Positions 9,038-15,231 of a stretch of DNA of 64,000 nucleotides are shown piece by piece. Positions within the stretch are counted from its first letter, which is position 1, and each line of letters opens with the position of its first letter. Under the pieces are notes generated by a model. It ran no database searches. It was not told where the DNA came from and saw only the letters and a program-made list of their open reading frames with translations. The translations under genes and the position numbers were made by a program. Source of the DNA: Alphaproteobacteria bacterium (GTDB taxonomy: Bacteria > Pseudomonadota > Alphaproteobacteria > RF32 > CAG-239); contig JAEEYV010000039.1 of NCBI GenBank assembly GCA_016288295.1, positions 10,156 through 74,155 of the forward strand, written 5' to 3'.

Positions 9038-9517
9038 TTATAAATTATTGAAATAGTTTTTCAACTTTGAAATTGCATCAACAACTCGAACCATGTTTTC
9101 TTTATTATTTCTTAGCATTTCTGCCTTTGTCATTAACTCACCAAGAACAGAATATTTATCTTTTATATCAATCAAATTATGAAGCGGAATTACAATAAAA
9201 TGAATATGCCCATCTGGCTTCTCATAAAAGGCATACGCAACTCTCTCACAATTAAATATATTTATAATCGCTTTTTTACAATGTGATAACAACATATTTA
9301 ATTCCTGTTGCTCATCCAAAGTTAGGTCAATATAATTAGAAACGTGCCGTAACGGTGACAAAATAATCATTCCGGGATACGCAATTTCAAAATCTTGAGC
9401 CAAATTCCATAATTTAGTTCTATAAATACGTCCTTTCATAAACTGTTTATTATTAGCTACAGTACAACCGATACAAGAAGTTTCAATTTCTTCGCCAAAT
9501 ACAGTCGTATACTTCAT
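9038..9517 (-). CDS. HIT (histidine triad)-like family protein
   Basis: N-terminal CIGC, and a DGHIHFIVIP block resembling the HxHxHxx triad. About 160 aa. Confidence 0.6.
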   Translation of the reverse strand: MKYTTVFGEEIETSCIGCTVANNKQFMKGRIYRTKLWNLAQDFEIAYPGMIILSPLRHVSNYIDLTLDEQQELNMLLSHCKKAIINIFNCERVAYAFYEKPDGHIHFIVIPLHNLIDIKDKYSVLGELMTKAEMLRNNKENMVRVVDAISKLKNYFNNL

Positions 9518-9701
9518 TTCATATAACCTTGATCAAAATTTCAACACCCAAAATATATTTTTTCATTTAACACAAACCCCATATACAATATTCGAATAAT
9601 TATTCTTTGTAAACATTTAACGTCACATGATTAATCTTAAGCTCACGCCGTTCAAGCCGTTGCCCCAAAACAAAAAACGCCCCTAAAGGGACGTTCTTTA
9701 C

Positions 9702-9777
9702 TGGCAGGGGCAGTAAGATTCGAACTCACGACACTCGGTTTTGGAGACCGATGCTCTACCAACTGAGCTATACCCCT
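9702..9777 (-). tRNA. tRNA-Trp (anticodon CCA), complete, CCA-3' encoded
   Basis: Folded by hand from the minus strand. Acceptor AGGGGTA/TGCCCCT. D arm GCTC-AGTTGGTA-GAGC. Anticodon arm TCGGT-CTCCAAA-ACCGA. T arm GTGAG-TTCGAAT-CTTAC. Discriminator G then CCA. Close to E. coli tRNA-Trp as I recall it. Confidence 0.93.
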
Positions 9778-9779
9778 AA
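9737..9779. repeat. left att core: 43-bp direct repeat (tRNA-Trp nt 1-41 plus 2 nt upstream)
   Basis: Identical to 19368-19410. Confidence 0.9.
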
Positions 9780-9791
9780 CGCTTGAAAATG

Positions 9792-9820
9792 CTTATAAAA
9801 CATTTCATCTCACAAATCAA
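9792..9820 (-). promoter_or_regulatory. putative promoter driving the intact tRNA-Trp (lies inside the element)
   Basis: Minus strand: TTGATT (9815-9820), 17-nt spacer, TATAAG (9792-9797), 14 nt before tRNA position 1. Confidence 0.5.
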
Positions 9821-10152
9821 GAACTTTTTTTATAATCCGCACACTTATTGCTTTTCAGCGGTTTTTGCCTTTAAAAAATCCTCATCTAAAGGAAGAATTT
9901 TTGACTTTTGTAAATGTCTGAATTTCTAACGATTAGACACCTGTAAAATCTTTTCCCTTTTTTATCCCTAAAGCCTTTCGGACATACCTATTTACAATGT
10001 TTTTGTTGGGGGTAAATCAAACCTCGTTAGCCTCAAAAGCCTCATTAGGTTTTGGCTTTTTTGCCCCACACCCTTAGTATGGCGGTTATTTTTTAAAGTT
10101 ACCAGACTTATTTTCTTAATTTTCAATAGGTTGGGGATAGTTATGGCATATT

Positions 10153-10974
10153 TTAAAATAAACTGTTTTGAATAACATTTGGCAAAGGGAATAATCCTAT
10201 AATAATGAAAGGATTTTTTGCTCGCCCGTGAAATTGTCTTGTTGTTCCTAAAAAGAAGTATAAATCTTTCTTTTTTGCATAATCTTCAAAAAACTTTTCT
10301 TTAATTTTTTGAAGTGCCATTTCTTCACTACCATAATGTTTTTTCCAGTTCCAAAATGCCGCACCAACTTCCCAGTCCTCAATCATTAAAGTAGATCGCT
10401 TGCCATTAATATCTTCAAAGATATATGAAAATTTATAGGGTAATTTATCTACAATCTTAAACACATCAACATCTTCATCTTTATTTGAAAATAAACTTAA
10501 TTGTTTTCTTTCAGCTTCTATAGCAGCCAATCTTTCTTTTGGGTACTCCCTGGAATCTTCTTCCCAGATAAAATCTATAATTTTCTTAGGTTTAAAAACT
10601 GCTAAAGACATATTGGTGGTGTTTGATTGTTTGATAAGTTTCGATAAATCATCATAAATTGCTTTTTTCAAAACAATATTACTTTTGCGTCCCCAGTCAT
10701 TAGATTTAATTTGTTCTAGTAGTTTTATCCTCTCGTAATCAACTTTATAACTCTCAATGCGTGGATCATCGTTTCCTTTATACATCCTAGCTTCAATCCA
10801 TCTATATTTACCATATTGTTTGTCATCATCTAACTTTCTAAATGGAATTGGATATAGTCTGTACCAATTTCCATCCTCATCCATACCGGCAGTACAAACA
10901 AGTTCTACATATTTCTTAGATATTGATGGATAAGTTTTTACAAGAATCAAAATTTTTTTAGTTATAAAGTCCAT
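10153..10974 (-). CDS. hypothetical protein, 273 aa, no family recognised (KTYP...VCTAG...WYRLYPIPFR N-terminal block)
   Basis: ORF in the track. Its ATG (10972-10974) directly abuts the TAG stop (10975-10977) of the upstream gene. Confidence 0.7.
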   Translation of the reverse strand: MDFITKKILILVKTYPSISKKYVELVCTAGMDEDGNWYRLYPIPFRKLDDDKQYGKYRWIEARMYKGNDDPRIESYKVDYERIKLLEQIKSNDWGRKSNIVLKKAIYDDLSKLIKQSNTTNMSLAVFKPKKIIDFIWEEDSREYPKERLAAIEAERKQLSLFSNKDEDVDVFKIVDKLPYKFSYIFEDINGKRSTLMIEDWEVGAAFWNWKKHYGSEEMALQKIKEKFFEDYAKKKDLYFFLGTTRQFHGRAKNPFIIIGLFPLPNVIQNSLF

Positions 10975-11853
10975 CTATATATGCTCCAATTCTAAATCTG
11001 GTCTCTTTTTGATTATAGCATTTGCTACTCTAGCACGGTGACACATATGGTAATCTGCTTCAAAACAGGTTAAGGCAACACGCTTATAGCGTTCTATCAA
11101 GTCAAGAATTTTATCTAAATAATATTCAGACTTAGCTAATGTCGTTTTTTCATATATTGAAAATAATTTGTTATAATCTGCCATAGTATTTAATTCAGTT
11201 CTTTGTTCAGACTCTATACCTAATTCAGGAATATTTATATAGGACAAACCAACCCGTTCTATTATATTTTGCATAGATGATTTAGAAAATCCATACTTCC
11301 TACTTATAGGATTTCGCCGAACATCACATACCAACTTGACATTATTTTGAATTAATCTGTTAATATAGCCATCTATACTGTCAGCTTCATATCCGATAGT
11401 AAAAAGTTTTCGTTTATTTGAAACTTCCAGTGTATATCTATTGGAATCTGGGCAGATTCTATCAAATATTTCACTTTTTAGAGTATAATATGGGTATTTT
11501 TCATATACATACTTAATTAAGTCATCTCCCTTATATTTGGAGTATATTTCCTTAAACTTTACAATTTTACTCTTATCAGAATTTTCTAATAATGAAATAA
11601 AATCAGCTTCTTTATCTCTTAACTCAATCTTATCGTTATAGGTGATATATTGGGATTGTTCCAAATTTCTAATATCTGCATAAGATTGGAAAGAAAAACA
11701 ACCAAACCTATAAGGAACAAAGGTATAATCCTTTTTATCTTTTGGTTGGCATATTTGTGTATATAAAAATAAATATTTTTGAAAATCTGTTTTATCAAGA
11801 CATCCACCAAATGCCTGCAAAAGCGATAAAACTAATTTTTGCCTGTAAAACAT
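10975..11853 (-). CDS. DUF488 domain protein with an N-terminal extension of about 150 aa (possibly SocA/Panacea DUF4065-like)
   Basis: C-terminal half carries DUF488 hallmarks: LVCDVRRNPISRKYGFSK, GLSYINIPELG, ALTCFEADYHMCHR. The N-terminus FQKYLFLY...FVPYRFGCFSF resembles the xLQKLLYx...yGP pattern. That assignment is from memory only. Confidence 0.7.
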   Translation of the reverse strand: MFYRQKLVLSLLQAFGGCLDKTDFQKYLFLYTQICQPKDKKDYTFVPYRFGCFSFQSYADIRNLEQSQYITYNDKIELRDKEADFISLLENSDKSKIVKFKEIYSKYKGDDLIKYVYEKYPYYTLKSEIFDRICPDSNRYTLEVSNKRKLFTIGYEADSIDGYINRLIQNNVKLVCDVRRNPISRKYGFSKSSMQNIIERVGLSYINIPELGIESEQRTELNTMADYNKLFSIYEKTTLAKSEYYLDKILDLIERYKRVALTCFEADYHMCHRARVANAIIKKRPDLELEHI

Positions 11854-11941
11854 TGTATTTCCTTAAATGATCTTTATAAGGTGATAATATATAAAAATAA
11901 AAGAATTTCAATAATTTTATTTAATTCTGCAATGGGGAATA

Positions 11942-12292
11942 TTAAAACTTAGTGAGCTCTAAAAGAGCTTCAATTTGTTTTTGAATGGTTTTGAGCGTAC
12001 GTGTGTCTTGGTTTTTAATCAGTTTTAATATGGCTTGCACATTCTCCGGCAGTTCCTCAATCGGTGGTTGCTCGTTGTCACTAAACAAAGAATCCACCGG
12101 AACATTCAAAGCTTCAGCCAAAGATAACAAAGTTGTTATTTTCGGATCGCTTAAACCTCGTTCTATATTGGAAATTGTGTTAATCATCTTGCCGGAAACT
12201 TCCGCAAATTCTTCTTGGTTCATTCCTTGTTGTTTGCGGAGTGTGGCAATTCGTCTACCTAAAGTTTTTAAAATTATATTTGATTCGGTCAT
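11942..12292 (-). CDS. XRE-family helix-turn-helix transcriptional regulator
   Basis: LRKQQGMNQEEFAEVSGKMINTISNIERG is a classic HTH_3 motif. 116 aa. Confidence 0.85.
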   Translation of the reverse strand: MTESNIILKTLGRRIATLRKQQGMNQEEFAEVSGKMINTISNIERGLSDPKITTLLSLAEALNVPVDSLFSDNEQPPIEELPENVQAILKLIKNQDTRTLKTIQKQIEALLELTKF

Positions 12293-12321
12293 ATTCAGCC
12301 TTTCAGATCACCGGTTATTTT

Positions 12322-12335
12322 CACATTTTAATGTG
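12322..12335. promoter_or_regulatory. palindromic candidate operator in the divergent XRE/nuclease intergenic region
   Basis: CACATTttAATGTG perfect 6-bp arms. A related cacattacactgtg lies at about 12398-12411, overlapping the -10 of the nuclease promoter. Confidence 0.35.
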
Positions 12336-12379
12336 TTAAATACCATAACGGTTGGCTGTGTTTTTTATTGTAATTTTGA

Positions 12380-12408
12380 TTGACACCGAATCTAATACAC
12401 ATTACACT
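12380..12408 (+). promoter_or_regulatory. putative promoter of the PD-(D/E)XK gene
   Basis: TTGACA (12380-12385), 17-nt spacer, TACACT (12403-12408). GGAG lies 9 nt before the ATG at 12450. Confidence 0.5.
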
Positions 12409-12449
12409 GTGTTTATGTTTTGCGATTATTCATAGTGGAGTGTATAAAA

Positions 12450-13376
12450 ATGAATCAGCCGAATATTTTTGATTATGCCACAAGTGAATTATCGCAAGAT
12501 GCTTTTCTTTGTTATATGTTGGCATTTGGAAAGGAAAAATATAAAAAGGATTTTCCTAATGAATACGTCATGGCACATATGTTTCTGGAAAAGTGTGAAA
12601 TTGATAAAAATGAAGAAATTTTATCAATCCAGCGTCAAGTAGATAATATAGATGTCTTAGTAGTAACGCAAAACTATATTCTTATTATTGAAGATAAGAC
12701 ATATACTAATGAACACGATGACCAAATCATTCGCTATGTTCGGAATATGCGTTCTCATGAAGAAAAGATTAATTCCGATAAGAAAATCAAAGTGTGTTAT
12801 TTCAAAACTGGAAATTATGTATATGGATATAAATCCTCCGATTGTTCTATTCTTCCGCAAAACGATTGCTGTTCACTCAAACGCCAAGATATGTTGGATA
12901 TTTTAAAGGATAAATGTTTCGGCAACATAATTTTTGAAAGTTTTTATCAACGGCTCAACTCTGTAGAGGAACGTGTAAAAGCCTGTGATGACACTGATAT
13001 TATGACTTGGAATAGCGAAAAATGGTTTGATTATCTTTATAATACATTGCAGGGGCATAATTTTAATATAGGTTGGGTACCTAATGCGAGCGGTGGTTTT
13101 TATGGCTGTTGGTTTGATTGGCGTGATGTGCTTAGCGGTGAAGATTACAAACAAATAGAAGTTTCTTTTGCCGACGGGAAAACATCACAAGTTAAATTGT
13201 GCTATAAGTTCTCCAGTAAAAGCAAAGAAATAACGCTTAATAGTAAATCTTTGTTAAAAGATTTACAGAGCAAGGTTGCGAAAGGTTTTAAATCAGCTAA
13301 TCGCATGGGAAAAACAACAACATATGCTTATAAAATCGCTGAAAACAAAAGTGATGTAGAAAAATTTATAGGATAA
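12450..13376 (+). CDS. PD-(D/E)XK nuclease superfamily protein
   Basis: N-terminal NIFDYATSELSQDAFLCYML block, typical of stand-alone PDDEXK proteins. Core IDVLVVTQNYILIIEDK (D...E-x-K) followed by DDQIIRY. Start set at the ATG at 12450. Confidence 0.7.
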   Translation: MNQPNIFDYATSELSQDAFLCYMLAFGKEKYKKDFPNEYVMAHMFLEKCEIDKNEEILSIQRQVDNIDVLVVTQNYILIIEDKTYTNEHDDQIIRYVRNMRSHEEKINSDKKIKVCYFKTGNYVYGYKSSDCSILPQNDCCSLKRQDMLDILKDKCFGNIIFESFYQRLNSVEERVKACDDTDIMTWNSEKWFDYLYNTLQGHNFNIGWVPNASGGFYGCWFDWRDVLSGEDYKQIEVSFADGKTSQVKLCYKFSSKSKEITLNSKSLLKDLQSKVAKGFKSANRMGKTTTYAYKIAENKSDVEKFIG

Positions 13377-13391
13377 GGAATAGATAATAAA

Positions 13392-13862
13392 ATGAATAAA
13401 ATACATAAATATTTTTTATTTGCATTTGGTTTTTCTTTTGTGGGGTATATTATTTGCAAATACTCTTTTTTACCAATTTGCAAATTCATTGCAAGCTTTT
13501 TTGATTGTGATTATGCGGTAGTTGCTTTGGGCATCTATCTGATAATTTTTGTTATTATTGGGTATGTGTTGAAAATGGTGAAAACAGATATAACAACGGA
13601 AACTTATTACAAAAATAATTTTACACCGGCAAAAGCCATTATATTAGCAACTATATTAATATTTTTTCACATTAATTTAATAAAAGACACCACAAGAATG
13701 GACAAAGAGGGGAAAATTTTAAACTTATACAGCACAATATTTGCTGAAAAATCTGAGAATAACAATATTAAGGAGGTAAAAAATGAGACAAATATTAAAG
13801 CCACAAAAAATAATGATTTTAGTTCTGATTCTGATACTGACGGGATGCGCTACAGAGATTAA
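13392..13862 (+). CDS. hypothetical membrane protein, 156 aa
   Basis: ORF in the track with 3-4 hydrophobic segments. Its 3' end overlaps the next gene by 80 nt, so the true extent is uncertain. Confidence 0.4.
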   Translation: MNKIHKYFLFAFGFSFVGYIICKYSFLPICKFIASFFDCDYAVVALGIYLIIFVIIGYVLKMVKTDITTETYYKNNFTPAKAIILATILIFFHINLIKDTTRMDKEGKILNLYSTIFAEKSENNNIKEVKNETNIKATKNNDFSSDSDTDGMRYRD

Positions 13863-14007
13863 ATCCTTACCAGAAATCGTTTCTACAAATGATTTTTGCA
13901 AAATATATGAGCCAATGTTACCTAGCCGAAAAGATACAAAGGAAACAGCTGAGCATGTTTTCAAATATTATAAAATCTGGAAAGAAAAATGTCATAACAG
14001 CAACTAG
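13783..14007 (+). CDS. small lipoprotein, 74 aa
   Basis: AAGGAGG 7 nt upstream of the ATG. Signal peptide with lipobox LTGC. Confidence 0.6.
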   Translation: MRQILKPQKIMILVLILILTGCATEIKSLPEIVSTNDFCKIYEPMLPSRKDTKETAEHVFKYYKIWKEKCHNSN

Positions 14008-14019
14008 AGGGTTTGTCTA

Positions 14020-14409
14020 ATGAAATCATATTTATTGTTATTAGTATTTGCATGGCTGATAGTGAAATGTTGGGGATTTTTCATATTTTTTAGTATATGT
14101 GTTATTATTTTTTATTTCAGATGCTTTTCGCATTTGATAATGGTAAAAAAAACAAGGAATCATATTTGTGAGCTTATGCTTAAATATGACGATGAAGAAA
14201 TTGTTTCTCGTATTTTAAATCAAAGTTTTTGGATTGGACAAACTGCTTCACAATTACTAGATTCTTTGGGCAATCCAGCTGATATTAGCGAATGGCGTAG
14301 TACTAAAGAATTTGGTGAAACATGGAAATATATTCAAACCGGTAAAAATCGTTATGCCTTAAAAATATATCTTGTCAATGATCAGGTTAGTGGATGGGAT
14401 AAAAAATGA
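14020..14409 (+). CDS. membrane-anchored protein, 129 aa, with a BamE/SmpA-OmlA-like C-terminal domain (tentative)
   Basis: N-terminal TM segments. C-terminal FWIGQTASQLLDSLGNPADI...WKY...KIYLVNDQVSGW resembles the small beta-sandwich lipoprotein pattern. Confidence 0.45.
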   Translation: MKSYLLLLVFAWLIVKCWGFFIFFSICVIIFYFRCFSHLIMVKKTRNHICELMLKYDDEEIVSRILNQSFWIGQTASQLLDSLGNPADISEWRSTKEFGETWKYIQTGKNRYALKIYLVNDQVSGWDKK

Positions 14410-14801
14410 GAAATATTAATCGCTTAAAGGAAGAAAAATTTTCATTCGGAATTAATGATATTATAAAAGATGCTACTATAGCATTTGTAGTTTGCTTGAT
14501 ATTATATTTATTTACCCAGCAATCCTTTATATTTGTTTTATTTATACCATTTTCTATCGCAGCAATAATTGGTGATTTAGTGAGAAAATATACAAGACCG
14601 AACGCTATTTCTACTAGAGGAAAAGCTTGGAAAGTATTGAATAATAAAATTTATTGGAGTATAGGACCTCAGATTGAAGCAATAATTTTATCTATTTTCT
14701 TTTTTTATATTTTTGTTCAAATGATAGGGGCAATTTCTTCACCTGAAAATCAAAAAAATGTAATATCCAATGTAAGAGAATCCGTTAGTTACAGGGATTA
14801 A
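14406..14801 (+). CDS. hypothetical membrane protein, 131 aa
   Basis: ATGA overlap with the upstream gene. Three hydrophobic segments. Confidence 0.5.
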   Translation: MRNINRLKEEKFSFGINDIIKDATIAFVVCLILYLFTQQSFIFVLFIPFSIAAIIGDLVRKYTRPNAISTRGKAWKVLNNKIYWSIGPQIEAIILSIFFFYIFVQMIGAISSPENQKNVISNVRESVSYRD

Positions 14802-14883
14802 ATGATATATTTCCGACTATATTTGTGACGCGTCGTTAGAACAATGGCGCGTTTGTTTTTTTATTTCATGAAAGGTAAAAACA

Positions 14884-15174
14884 ATGGCGCAAATATATGC
14901 TACAAATGATATATATTTTTTTCCGAAGGTGGTAAAAGTGTTTTTAGTTAGCGATAAATACGAAGCTGATTTATGGTTCTACAAAACAAGAGATATTTAT
15001 GAGGCTGATTGCAAAGATGAAATTTGGTATTTTTCCGATAGTGAATATGGTGCAACAGCAGTTATTTGTTGGGTTGATGATAAATATGATGCAGATATTT
15101 GGGTTTATCAGGTTCGGGATAAATACGAAGCTAGATGGAATAAAGGCAATAAATTTTTAGGGCGGCTAAGTTAA
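14884..15174 (+). CDS. small repeat protein, 96 aa, five D-x-Y-[EDG]-A-[DTR] units (DUF6150-like, tentative)
   Basis: Repeats DKYEADLWFY, DIYEADCKDEIWYF, SEYGATAVICWV, DKYDADIWVY and DKYEARW are visible in the translation. Confidence 0.55.
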   Translation: MAQIYATNDIYFFPKVVKVFLVSDKYEADLWFYKTRDIYEADCKDEIWYFSDSEYGATAVICWVDDKYDADIWVYQVRDKYEARWNKGNKFLGRLS

Positions 15175-15181
15175 CAAATCA

Positions 15182-15210
15182 AAAGGGCGAACCATTGAGA
15201 CTCGCCCTTT
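15182..15210. terminator. bidirectional terminator between cargo and replicase genes
   Basis: aaagggcga / tcgcccttt stem, 11-nt loop, T-rich on both strands. Confidence 0.7.
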
Positions 15211-15231
15211 CTGCTTTCCTTTTTCTAATTT

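Noticed and set aside
10040-10075. Plus-strand terminator-like hairpin (aaaagcc...ggctttttt) just inside the left end of the island.
   Set aside because: No plus-strand gene lies upstream of it within the element and the stem is short. It may be a remnant, so it is not annotated.
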